Below the pieces are notes generated by a model. That model saw only the letters and a list, made by a program, of their open reading frames with translations. It did not search any database and was not told the DNA's origin. The position numbers and the translations under genes were made by a program. Positions 47,801 through 60,424 of a stretch of DNA of 64,000 bases are shown one piece after another (within the stretch, counting starts at the first letter, position 1; every line of letters begins with the position of its first letter). The DNA comes from Botryllus schlosseri (lineage: Eukaryota), in the NCBI GenBank assembly GCA_051294905.1, contig CM119372.1, positions 32,614,001 through 32,678,000 of the forward strand. Reading direction: 5' to 3'.

Positions 47801-49189
47801 TAGGGATGGTGTGAACGCCAGGTTCGCGTTCGTGTTCTGTGTGAGAACCTCGGAAATTTAGAGGTTCGCGTTGACAACAGAACCTCGGTAGGTTCTGCAC
47901 TGTTAATCTTTTTTCATAGATTACAATTTTCACTTCATTGTAACATCTTGGTTCAAATTTATTATATTTCAACTGCGGGCCAGTCTATGTATGGCGCTGG
48001 CAGCATTAAAAATCAACACTAAACGAACATGCACCTTGACAATCTCTAAAGTTTTACCTGCTTTGTTACGATAGTTTGCTCGAAATATCCAGCTTTCCGT
48101 TTGTGGATATTTAGTAACACTCTGCTGTGAGCTTGAGCCGCATCACACAACATCACGAGCCGAATACGTGGTCAGCGAATGATGCTTATTCAACCAATCA
48201 ATGAGATTGATATCGTTTTCTGATGCAAAAAATCTAGCAGGCGTACGGGGTCAATCTTGAATTCATATCTTTACTGTATCATTAAAACCAAATCCGTGCG
48301 ATTGAGGTGTTGGCTACTGCTGTAGAACTTGTTAATGGGGTAATATCTGTAGCAAGTAAAGAAACCCGGTTTACACTCTGCTCAATATCAATGTAGCAAT
48401 ACCCAGACGCCGAATACATTGTCCGGTCTGGCCAAGACCTTCAAGGCGTAAGCTTATATTTCTTCGTAAGTCCTCGTCGAAATTGTTGGCAAAGCGACGG
48501 AAGATATTGATTTTATGGGAGTATTATATCCTTTGATTGCCTCAGTTGATATATTTAGCGGCGTTTAAAACACCAATATGTACTTCAGCATTGTGGCCTT
48601 ATATGGCCTGAGTCGTCGCTACGTATCGTGTACATCAGTGGTTCCCAACCTTTTTCGACTCATCGCCCCCTTTTCAAGCTCAAGGCCGATCATCGCCCCC
48701 CAGATTTTGTGGACCGAAAAATCGGTATACAATCTGCAGCCATCGGCGGGTTGACTAAAAAAAAAAAAGGTCAACTTTGCGGATCGTTGTCGAATTTTAC
48801 ACTTTTGCAACCAAATTTTCGTGGGTTGACCAAAAAAAAAAGGTCATTTCTCCGAATTGACTCCAAAATAGCGTCATCGCCCCCCTATCGCCCCCTTCGC
48901 TATTTTCGCCCCCTGTCGCCCCCTTTGTCCATTTTCGCCCCCCTATCGCCCCCTTCGTCATGTTCGCCCCCCTAGGCCGCCAAATCGCCCCCTGGGGGGC
49001 GATATCGCCCACGTTGGGAACCACTGGTGTACATTAATATCGGTTATCGCTTCATTGAAAGATAGAGATGAAGGTAGCAAAATGACGTCACGTGACGTCA
49101 CGAGGTTCACGTTCGTGTTCACACAGAACCTTTCAAAAAGGTTCGCGTTCACACGAACCTGAACCTTTCAGAGGTTCACACCATCCCTA
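47801..49189. mobile_element. hAT-like element (TAGGGATGGTGTGAAC) with nested MITE 48636-49026
   Basis: 16-bp TIRs, GGTTCGCGTTC repeats, ACTTCG on both flanks; the inner element has CAGTGGTTCCCAAC TIRs and a perfect TSD GTGTACAT. Confidence 0.85.
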
Positions 49190-49683
49190 ACTTCGTTCTG
49201 TCTAAATATAAATCGAAAATGAAGTGGTTTTAAAGTACGATTAACAGTCTCTCGTTTATTAAACCAGTCATTATAAATATCACAAGACTGTAAAACATCG
49301 AATATCGATAAAAGTAATTGTTGAATTATTTGAGTTTATGGCTCTCCCTGGACCGAGGCAGCGCAACTGAAATTGTGGAGTGACATCGCGTCCGATAAGA
49401 ATGTAATGGTGCATCACTCTCGCTCTCGCAGTCTCCTCCAAAGCTTGTCATAAAATATCTCTCGCTGGTCACATTCTTAGATTACTTTACCGCGAAGAGA
49501 AAATCCACCTACAATATCCGCAGGCCGCGTTACGAAACATGAACAATTCCTTAAGGCTGATGGTTTTCATTACGCCACATTATCCTGACTGCATTCAGAA
49601 GATCACTCCAGGATGCGCAGAGAAGGGGTCCGTTATTCTCTGTAACAATGAAGTTGATATACAACAAAAGTATAAAGGTGACA

Positions 49684-50823
49684 TCAAATAGAATGACGTT
49701 GTGCACTCGATGCAGTATCCACCACTTGACCAGGTAGTGCTACCGAGATGCGCGGAGAGGGGATGTGACACTCGTCAATTTGTCTCCGTTCACTGTGTGT
49801 TGATGGATCAGCCCCCACTTGCTGGAGCTCATCGCTGGGTGTTTCGTGAGTGTTCGATTGATTTGCAGTTTGCATGCAAGCGGGAATGGCGTTCTGAATG
49901 TCTTCAATCAGTCGCTTGCTTGCGGTTTTGATATCGGCTGATGCAATATAGTAAAGGAAGGGATTGACACATTCGCAAATGCGAAGGACGCCATGAGCCG
50001 TCAAGATAAGCGGTAAAAAGACGTGTTCGGGAATCAGCATTTTTTTAGCTGCCATATATGTCCTGACCGTGAAATCAACAGAGTATCCCAAAGCATGGGT
50101 GGTTACAATTGCCACCAATTGAATCAGGGCTTGTTTCTCTGTACGCGACGAAGATGACATTCGGTGTAATCGGCGATGTACGAGAAATACTATCAACACA
50201 GAACAGAATACCAATATTAGAATTGATGGAATGATTGCACCAATTACAGTTGACAATATGACCGTAATTATATACTCTACATCCATCCTCCTCGAAACAG
50301 TGCAGTGATGCGTGTCACCATTTTGATCATATTCGATAATGCTAATGGCTATGCCTATGTGAACGAGAAAGGTACTGATATACGAAGTGACAACAAAAAT
50401 ACGACATCTCTTTGTTGTCATGTTCATGGTGAATCCGGTAATTTTTGTGATGCTCACTAATCGTATGAGACTCAACAGAAAAACATGATGGACAGTGATG
50501 TAGGTTGTTGCGCTGTCCACCGGTAGCCAAACGAAACAAGAGAGCCATGGAAGTCTGTAGTCCCATTTGTTCAGTTGTGAGTAAACAAACAGTGGGCTGT
50601 TGAAACCGGAAATGATATCCGAGAAGCAAAGTCCAGTTATGATGACAGTGAAGAAAGTCGGCTTCATACGAAACAAAATTATTACCATTAGCGTATTCAT
50701 GATCACTCCAAATATGGACAAAAAAGTGACCGCTGCCCAAATGCTCGATTCCTGCATTGCAGTGAGATTGAAGTTGTCCAATGAAATATTCATCGGTGCT
50801 ATCGAACGCTGCTCAGTGCTCAT
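49684..50823 (-). CDS. Class A (rhodopsin-like) GPCR, single coding exon, orphan
   Basis: 379-aa ORF with seven hydrophobic segments, N-terminal N-glycosylation sequons, GxxxN in TM1, LCFSD in TM2, Cys at the top of TM3 and in ECL2, TM5 Pro, and NPFLY in TM7. Confidence 0.92.
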   Translation of the reverse strand: MSTEQRSIAPMNISLDNFNLTAMQESSIWAAVTFLSIFGVIMNTLMVIILFRMKPTFFTVIITGLCFSDIISGFNSPLFVYSQLNKWDYRLPWLSCFVWLPVDSATTYITVHHVFLLSLIRLVSITKITGFTMNMTTKRCRIFVVTSYISTFLVHIGIAISIIEYDQNGDTHHCTVSRRMDVEYIITVILSTVIGAIIPSILILVFCSVLIVFLVHRRLHRMSSSSRTEKQALIQLVAIVTTHALGYSVDFTVRTYMAAKKMLIPEHVFLPLILTAHGVLRICECVNPFLYYIASADIKTASKRLIEDIQNAIPACMQTANQSNTHETPSDELQQVGADPSTHSERRQIDECHIPSPRISVALPGQVVDTASSAQRHSI

Positions 50824-51369
50824 TCGAGAGATCTAAATATCCATCAGGATTCGCGAATGCAGCTGACTTTATGATACTTGATGTTTGACTGCATGTATTA
50901 GTTACATTCCTATGGAGGAATTGATGGATGGAATAAATAATAAATTGTTGATCATATGAGTAGTAATAATAATAATAAAATAACTTTATAGCGCCGAATA
51001 AAGTTATATATCATCGCTACACTAGAGCGCTGGACAAGGGCAATATAACGATATGCATATGAGACAGAGTACACCAGCTCGTACAAACTCGAAAGAGCAC
51101 AACGCGCAACACTCGCCTCACAGTCTGTTTTCAGATTTTAATATGGCTTATTCGATAGGACAGTATAAGTGTGGGAATTATGAAGTGCACAAACTATGTA
51201 GCCTATAGGTGACTGTCATTTGAAGCAATTCAAAAAGCAGCAGACCCATCTTGAAAGGTGAGTAGGTCTACTTACCAACGGCAATACATGTCGGTCCACT
51301 TGTTGCATCTAACTAGAATCTATCGGGATTTCGGAAGACAGCGAGGTTACGTTGGTTAGGTCAAGTTGA

Positions 51370-52888
51370 AGAGGCACTGCGCTGTAGATATGACGTGGCC
51401 TCAAATTAAAGACAAAATAGAGAATAAAATTTTATCCGCAGTCATTTTCTTCAGAAAGCCACCGTAATGAAACTGCATCTACTGGTCAGGCACTCAACGG
51501 AAGACGTTCAGCCACGTGTATTTGTGTTTGAAGCTTGTACCGTACGACTACTTGCCGTAACTAAAGCACAGTGGTTTGTGAAACAAAATTCTTTCATAAT
51601 ATATCGGCAGACAACTATTCAAAATTCATTCTCTGCGTGATTGCTTGATCGCGTCGAGCAAGTGCGAGTGAAGATATCGTGGCAGAAATCTCGCAACGGG
51701 GAAAGCAACAAACTTGCGCAGCCGCGACAGCCTGCACTGCACCTGTGGTTCTTAACCTTTACTATCCCGCGGAACACTTACGCTAATCTGGAAGCTTTCG
51801 CGGACGCCACATTTTTACTGAGTCGTAAGAACAAAAATATAGGCCTACCACAATACACATCTAATACATCACTATAGATTGCTGGTGCTAAAACAGAGTT
51901 TTAAAAGAACAAAACCATTTAAATATGATTTCCACTCAAAACGAAAACATAAAAATGATTTGCAAATCTGTTTCCATTCAGATACCGATTCAGAAATGCG
52001 AGGCTTCAACTTGGATAGTTTATTGTACTTTTCGATCGAAACGCAACCGCGATGCCAATGGCTTGAGTACAAATGAGATTATAAATATTGGATATCTAAT
52101 TGGCATTTTAGAAAGGTTGGGTTTTGATTTCAAATCTCAACCTTCCCTGCGTACGCCATTGGACACGACGTACCCCCACAACATTCCCAAACTCACAATT
52201 CGACTTCTGATCGCGCCTAAATGTCGGCAGCCAATGATGACCAAATCACAAATCATATATGGGTTATAGGGTTGCATTTAAAACAAACGGTGTTTCAAAA
52301 CACTTTGTTTAAAACAGTGTTTTAAACAAAGGTCTTTAATAAATAGTGTTTTTTTTTAGTTGTAAAATTATGCCATAATTGTGTATATACTATCCAAAAA
52401 ACATGCTGTATGAGCCTATCGGACAATTGCCACCTGATATAGTCGACGTATATCAATATGGGATGGTTTGAACTCTCAGAATAGTCGGTTCAACAGCAAT
52501 AGCACAGATATTTCGTCAAAGGAGCTATATTTACCCTATATTTTCAATTGTCAATGATAATCCCCTATGACGTCACAATTGGATATTGGTGAAGTATTAG
52601 CTTTGAAAAAAAAACGACAAAAAAATGATTTAAACAAGGGCCTTGTTTTAAACATGTTTGATTTAAATAGATTTTTGTTTCAAATGCAACCCTAATGGGC
52701 TGAGTGTGTGTCCTGAGCTCCAGGGAACTCTTAACACAGGCATATAGAGTGGAGCGGGGATTTTAGAAAAGTAATTTAGCTGCAGTTTCATTAGAGTGAC
52801 TTTCTGAGGAAAATAGCTGCGGTCAAAAATTGTTTCCCGATTTTATCTTTAATACGAGACAACATCATATTAATAGCGCAGTCCCCTT
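51370..52888. mobile_element. Old Kolobok-like element with ~110-bp imperfect TIRs
   Basis: AGAGGCACTGCGCT...AATGAAACTGCA is inverse to TGCAGTTTCATT...AGCGCAGTCCCCTT; flanks TTGA/TTAA; contains the MITE 52267-52694. Confidence 0.55.
52267..52694. mobile_element. hAT-type MITE, copy of 4751-5213
   Basis: TIRs TAGGGTTGCATTT/AAATGCAACCCTA; TSD ATGGGTTA/ATGGGCTG. Confidence 0.8.
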
Positions 52889-54406
52889 TTAACGATTATG
52901 AAAATTGTCCTTGTATTCACATCCATTTCGATGGCAACCCGGCGTATAATATTTATCACGCACTGGACAAGTAGGATATTAGATATAGGGTAGGATTCAT
53001 GTCGGCTTGGAGAGTTGGCATCGTCACAAAATTTGCTAATGAATTACTGAATTTGGGAACATCTTCAAATTGTCAGAATGTCTGTGGCTGGGCGAAGTCG
53101 AGTGCGCAACTGATTCGATTCTGATTCAACTCTATTACATTCCAATCGAGTCGACTGATCGAGCTACATTTTGTTTATTACGTTCTTATGATATGTTAAA
53201 TTCCACAATTGAAAGCACATAGCGGTAAGAAGGCGCAACACTCAAATTTCATAAACTCAATAATTTCGAATTTCAATTTCGCTTCGACTGATCGAGCGTA
53301 ACTATAATCATTCAATCATCGAATATAGGCCAAATATATCTAATATTATATACAGTAACAAACAATTGACAATTTTCCAACGTTTACGCGGAGACGAAGA
53401 ACGTATAGTCGTATAATTCCTGTTACAGTCGCCGAAGATCTATAATTCGGTATTTGTTGACCTTAACTACTATATTACTGCACTTTGTGATAATGCTGTG
53501 GGTAGATCACTATACAGCACAGAAATAGATTTTACATGTGTCCTGTCTATAGGCTTGATGTTTTGGATGCTGTGAAACAAACGATAGATTCACACGGTAA
53601 GCGCGCGCATGCTCACGCTCACTTGCTCAGGCAACCTGCACGTCTCCGAATGAGAATCATGACTTGGTATGCAATCAAACTGATGGTACCCTTCAAGCCT
53701 GCAATCGTAATAATGAACTTGTTTCAAACACATTTATTGGAAGTTGCTGTCTACGATCCATTTGTAAACCATGTATTTATCTGTAGCATAAGTATCAAAT
53801 TCGTATTTTAGGGTACCTCGAAGTTTGCAATCTCGCGCAATCGTCCATTAGAAGCACCAATTGATTGCATTTTAGATCGCAATCATTGAAATCAAACCTC
53901 ACCTCCTTTAATTTTATATTATTTCATCATACATTCCAAAGTCTGTGAGTGTACGACGCTTTTAATTTTATGTTAGACCATAGGGGGTTGTAATGACTGG
54001 AGACATTTTCTCAGTGGGTATCGACCCCAGCTGATATCAAGAACGACATGGGGCCCCCAGACCTCCCATTAGGCTCTACTTCTTGCCGCTACTTATCAGT
54101 GAGATCTGTTGTACTGTTTGGTTAGTCAGCTTCTTTCGCCTAGACGCGGGAAGTGCGAAAATTTTCTCTAATTCATGATTGAATCGGTAAATATGATCGG
54201 GAACTGCATATATATCGTGACCAATCTCACGTAATCGGATTTACCGGTAGAGGTCAGTGAGGTGTAGGCTATTGTGGCCGTAAATAACAATTAAACAGCT
54301 TCGGGTGGACCCGTTGGTATAATGACTTTGTTACATGATGCTATTTCGAGACCTTCTGTCTGCTATGTCAAAAGATATTGAAATCGCCGAAACGTACTAA
54401 ACTAAA

Positions 54407-54952
54407 AGACGCGAACGATTTCAAATTGGTATTTTTTCACTGACAAATAATTTTCCCCCTGCAGGATGGCATTTGTCTTGTGGGGTTCCGATTGCCAGGA
54501 AATGCAGGAACATTCGGCGCCAGCCATTTAGCATAAGGTTACCATATTTTGGAATCGGGAAAGGAAGACACTTTTACCAAATCAGAAAAGTTAGTTGATC
54601 AAATCTGAAATCAGCCGATTTCGCTATTTTGCTGAAAAATTTGATGGGTTGACGAAAAAAAAGGTCATCACTTTCGTTCGACTCCCGATTTACACACTTA
54701 TTTTACACACGTATGGTAACCCTAATTTGTCACCTACGGATATTTACACAAATAAACATATATGTATGTATAATGTATATATATCGAAGTCATGCGTACT
54801 TTTTCTTGGGGAAGAGTACCCATACCCAATAATCGAGCTATTTGGCAACATTAAATCGCGTGCAGCGCGAAAATTTTTTGAAAAAGTTGCATAGATTTTC
54901 AAAAAAATACACTATAATTTATGTTAATTCACGAAATAACTTTGGGCCCCTT
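54407..54952 (+). repeat. Interspersed repeat homologous to 1-460, interrupted by a TAGGGTTACC MITE (54534-54724)
   Basis: AGACGC..ACGATTTCAAATTGGTATTT...GGCGCCAGCCATTTA is shared with the start of the window. Confidence 0.65.
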
Positions 54953-55673
54953 CGTGCGGCAGTTATGGTCCTGGGTAGAAGTCATGGCAAACGAATCATT
55001 GCATGGCATCCGTTTTGATGCTCTCTAACCCTATTCTGGCCACGGAACCCTTTACGGAAGTCAATGCAACTAATTTTAGAGATTTCGTTATAGTACATAA
55101 GCCTACTATATAATATGATTGGACAACATGGCTTTTGTGTGTTTGAGTCCTTTGCCTACTTTGGGAGCACTGAATGTGGTATCGTTTTGTTTCCAACGCG
55201 TTATGTGTTTCAGATTACAGAGATTGTCCGTACCGAACTACTTCTCTTTTGAAGTAGCCTACTACGGCCGGTATATTTTGACTTTCCTTACATCAATTAG
55301 GAATGATTAAATTTTTAGACCGCTTCCTCACCCATAGAAGGTAGATATGGATGGAAAATACATGGCAGCTAAAACAGTAAGAGCCGTTTGTGCGTGACAA
55401 AGCCAGATTTCACATTTCTTGGCGATTTTGAGGGGTTCTGACCAGAGTTCGATCAATTGTAATTTGTAATTGAACCGAATGTAATTAATTACATTTTTCA
55501 TGTAATTGGAATTGAAACATTTCTATTTTGTGTAATTGTAATTGTAATTTGATAAAAATTTTGCTCAATTACAATTTCAATTACATTGTTATGGAAACCT
55601 GACAATCACAACATTCATTCGTCACACCAGTGAAAATCCGGTACGGACCGGGATGACGACGAGGGGCCGCAGG

Positions 55674-57545
55674 CAGGGTTGGGACTTCGGGATCAAATTT
55701 AGAAATCCCGGGATCGGGATTTCCCGGGATTCTCGCATCTCTGATCTTAAAGGCTACTCCAAGTTGTTTCGACACCTTCCCATCTTTTCATTGTATCGCA
55801 GTCTTGTGATGTTTTGAAACGATGAAAATATTAATAAACCTGATTGATTGATTAGAAAAGTAGTAAAATACACATACAAGCTACACAAACAACATTTATT
55901 CCTTGTAATTTGACTCAAAACATGCATATGTTTGGATTGTTCGTCAATGATGGTGTATCCCGTGAGAGCGACCAATCATTTAATGATCGTGCGTTATACT
56001 GAGACTCCATTGTTTTCTCACAAATTTATTGACCGCTAACGAAGTGATCGAAGCTTACAGCTTACGTTGTCCTAAACTAGTATAGTAAACTAAATTCTGT
56101 TCTCTGTTTTTACCTTAACCAAACCTATTGTTTTATTGAAACTGAATTCGAATATAGTTTATATAGTCCTCAACCATTGGCGCAGGCTCGAATTGTATCA
56201 TATCGATTTGTAAATGCGTAATGCATTGCATCTCAGTAATTCGTATCTATATTCACTATCTTGTCTGCTGGTCACTGTAAACTGAGGTTTAGCAGTTCTA
56301 CTTATATGTAGGGCTGGGCAAAATCGAGTACCTGAGTGATTCGATTCTGAATCACGTAATATGCTTCGAGTCGAGTCGAGTAATCGAGTATCCCCCATTA
56401 TGACGTCATAAAAGGATGTAATACGTCAAAGTTCAAATATGTACCGCTTATGCCACCACAGAGAATATAATGCCTGCTATCCATCTCATAAATGATACTC
56501 TGGTAGTTTTTCGACCATACCGATTTCATTCCACGTGGTGACGTGGGATAATCATGACTTCGGAAATGCGCTACGTCCAGTAACCGTCGTAGCTTTGTAT
56601 TATATGTTTCGTATGTTACGATACCGTCGATCAAGGTTTCAAGGCTTCAGCAGTGAAAATTAGTATCAAAACTATCATTCTCGTTGATAAATTAACTTTC
56701 AGTTGCCAGGAGCGTATAATTTCAGTACTCGAAAAAATCGTATTTTAATACTCGACTCGAATCATTAAAATTAATACTCGATTCAGATTCGAGTACTCGA
56801 ATCATTGTGCCCAGCCCTACTTATATGTGCGCGATACAGCGCCTTCTTGCGTGTATATTTAACTCTATATTCGTTCATCGGTTCAATATCAATGACCACT
56901 CCATCTGTATTTCAGACAGCTAGCAAAATGCATTGTCGTTATCATGCTTCATACTTCGAAAGGGCAACTTGACTTGAATTGTGACTTCTCTCGTGACTTG
57001 ACTTGACTCGAGTCACCTCCAAAAATCGAGTGACTTGACTGGACTCGTGTCACCTTTAAAAATCGATTGACTTGACTTGACTCAAGTCGAAATGTGCAAT
57101 GACTCGAAATGACTCATGGCTCGAAGGTAGTGACTTGATCCCAACACTGTTAGACACCATACGAGACGACAATTGCATCATGTCATCGTAAAAGCAGTCG
57201 CGCTAAAAGTTCGCAGCTAGCGGACATATGACACGTGATAGCGATTCGGGTGTTTGGAGTGTCTTTAGAGTGAATTTTAAGTTTTCAAATCCGAAATAAG
57301 AAATTTCCTGTTAAATATTGGCGAATACTTGAAATTTCAAAATGCCGACGTAGGCTGCAAAAAATCTTCTCGCGGGCCGCGTGTTTGAGACCACTGTTTT
57401 CGACAATCAGCCGAGTTTGTGACATTGCTTTATTACCAAAATAAGAGATATGGCGCTACGTAAGCCTTGATAGATACTGTTTACAAATCCCGGAATTTCA
57501 TTGGGATTAATTCCGGGATCGAGATTTCCCGGGGTTCCAACGCTA
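55674..57545. mobile_element. hAT-type element (CCCGGGAT repeats) with nested elements, including MITE 56309-56819
   Basis: Termini CAGGGTTGGGAC...GTTCCAACGCTA, TSD GCCGCAGG/GCCGCAAG; the inner MITE has TAGGGCTGGGCA TIRs and a perfect TSD CTTATATG, and sits in a partial copy of the 61092-62064 family. Confidence 0.75.
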
Positions 57546-57712
57546 GCCGCAAGGCCTTTTAAGGCCTTAGTACACAGTCGCCACCTGTAATAGCCTATTT
57601 ACATCGGTGTTCTATGCGTGCCGCGTTATAACCAGATAATTCAGCCATTCTAAACTGTTTCCCATACTTCAGTAGCAACAGAAAACTTTGTGAATTACAA
57701 TGTAGGCTAAAC

Positions 57713-59213
57713 CAGTGGTTCTCAAACTGGGGGGCGTGCCCCCTTGGGCGGCGCGTGAAAGCCTCTGAAGGGGGCGCGAAGCTCCGGGAAACTAAAATTT
57801 TTCCGCGCTTGGTGCGATTCACCTCAATTTCATAGTTATTGCTCGGTGTATAGTCCGAATTTCATATTGGAGAATTCTCTCATCAACAGTCATTACCTTA
57901 TACCAGTGGTTCTCAACCTGTTTGACCTCGCGGCACACTTTGGAAACGAAAAATTGTTCGCGGCACACCATCACAGTGGTTATGAACTTTTTTGGCTTAC
58001 GACACCTGTAAACTACCAGAATACTTATTAGCACCCAGTAAGAACGCCGACTAATGTGACCACCTCTGCAGTAAATCCAAAATGTTTCTGTAGGCTACTC
58101 CTTTTTTAGAATAAACTTTTACATTTTAATAAACTTTTGTACGCAAAGCGTCCCTTATATAGCTTACTATGCCGTGATAGAAAGTCGTCGTGTTCCTCGG
58201 GCCAGAATATCGTTGCTCCGTGATTACAACAAACAGCGCGTAGTCAGACGAAGGCAAAAGGAGGGATTTTGATATACGACTTCACAGAAACTTCGACCAT
58301 TTCATACGATTTGTTTGACAATAAATCCGCCCACTGCCGCATTAGTTCGAAGAGGTCAAGCGCCATCGCCGCTAACGAATACGGAGGCGTAAAGGTGTAC
58401 GCTATACCAGGCTATACAATAATACATTTTCACGCACATCGTGTACCACGCGTGAGGATAGCCATACCTCAATAGTTCTAATGGCAGCTGCCCGCAGTTC
58501 AATTATACTTTCAACAAACGAAGATTATAACAACAGCGGCTATGAGGTTTGTTAACTGATATAATTTGATCAACATTACTTCTCAATTCTCATATTCGTC
58601 GACATTAATACAACGTTGTGCTACGAGCCTACATTTTAACCAAAGTGTCGGCACGATACCTAACAATCGCAATCGGGATTGGCATCTTTGAAATTCGAAT
58701 ATGTAAACGCGAACGTCAATCACAAAGAAGTTGATTTATCGCCGGTGATTGGGGAGACAGTGAGGATTAGACAACTGCCTTGTCATTCAGGCGCGGCCTT
58801 GTTCGTTCTTCTCTGCTTGCGATCATCTATAGTGCAAAATTGAATTCAGCCTGCAAGGCACGCGATCCGCCCGGTAAAGCGAATTCGAGGGGGATATTGA
58901 TTGCGGGCATAATATCAATTTTGATTTGTCAAATGTACAAACTTCACATTAAGCTCGATTTACATGATTGATCGTTTGTTACAGACTAGAATTATTTTGC
59001 GCGTAATTTCGAAATTCTGGAGAAATCGCTCGCGGCACACTTGCGAGACGTAAACGGCACACCGGTTGAGAACCACTGCCTTATACCATCAAACTATCTG
59101 TAAGGATTGCTAACATTCTGGTTTCATTGTGTGATATGACGACAAGGGGGGAACGAACTATTTCACTGTCATAAAGAGGGGCACGTGTCTAAAAAAAAGT
59201 TAAAGAACCAGTG
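57713..59213. mobile_element. Two nested CAGTGGTTCTCAA (Charlie-like hAT) elements; inner element 57904-59078
   Basis: Outer TSD GGCTAAAC and inner TSD CCTTATAC are both perfect. Confidence 0.88.
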
Positions 59214-60424
59214 GGCTAAACTAAATCTTAATATTTCAAAAATGGATGAACAGTAAATAAACCCTTCTGAAACTTGTGCTGAACCATTTCCTACACCACG
59301 GTCAGAGTTTTTTTTAAATCTCTGACCAGTACCGATGCTTGCTGCAACAATTGCAAAAAGAAATTCAAGTTTCCAACAAAGGCTCTATCAAACTTGATCA
59401 CGCATTTGTAGAGATGTTATCCCAATCTTACTTTCAATCTTGGCCAAATTTACTGGGGCCAGAAACTTTTCGCATCCTAATGTTCATCAAATGCAATCTA
59501 ACAGTTTCCGAGCAAGTGTAAATGTAAATGCGAACCAAAATGTTGTAATTCGTAGTTATCAGGAGGTTCTTTCCTTTGGCATTTATTTTAATTTTACACA
59601 CCTTATCGCTGACGCCTTACCAATTACATTTCATTGTCCTCACTCTGCTCTGAGTAGCCTAAACGTTTGATTGCATTTCATTAACTGTCCTGTAGCCTAT
59701 TCGATGCTAGTCGCTCAAACTCATTGTTGTTAACAGTAGCTTGAAACATTTTTCTGTGTTTGTAGTTTTCAGTAGTCATGATTAGAAATAGTTCGAATAC
59801 GTTCGAGTTTTTTTTTAATTAAAGGGTATTCTTCGTATCATTACGTCGCTACGGTTGTCAAAGAACACCTCTCTACCGAGTCAATTACATGTTTAAAAGT
59901 AATTGATCCGTATCTGTTCTGACACTTTTGACGATTCGATTATTACCGGTAATTCTGAGCTGTTTATGACGAGTTGTGCTATCACAGTTGAGGCTCGACT
60001 CGTCTGCCTCAACCCTCCTTTCGCGCCGTATTTTTACCACTGCCTCGCTGACCGCAACTCACTGGGTGGGTTGCGTATGGTAACTTCCGTGAAAAACTTC
60101 TAGATGTAGTTTTACGGTGGTGACTTTCTGGGGAAATGGCAGCTACAACCTTAATTTCCAGACCAGATCATATGTAGAGGGAAGGGCCTCTTCAAGTCTA
60201 CAGCCCGACTGCATTGGCAGCCTACACACTGCGCTAACAGATTACAACTTGTACACCATCAGAACGCATACTGGATCGCTTTAATAGTGTCGCAAATATC
60301 CAAAGTGACGCGACATTCACAAATTACGAAGCGAAAATAGACATGATAGCAAAAATCATCCAAATACGACGTATTCGATTGTTATTTGTATTACGATTGC
60401 ATAGGTATTGAAACACGGCCGTCT

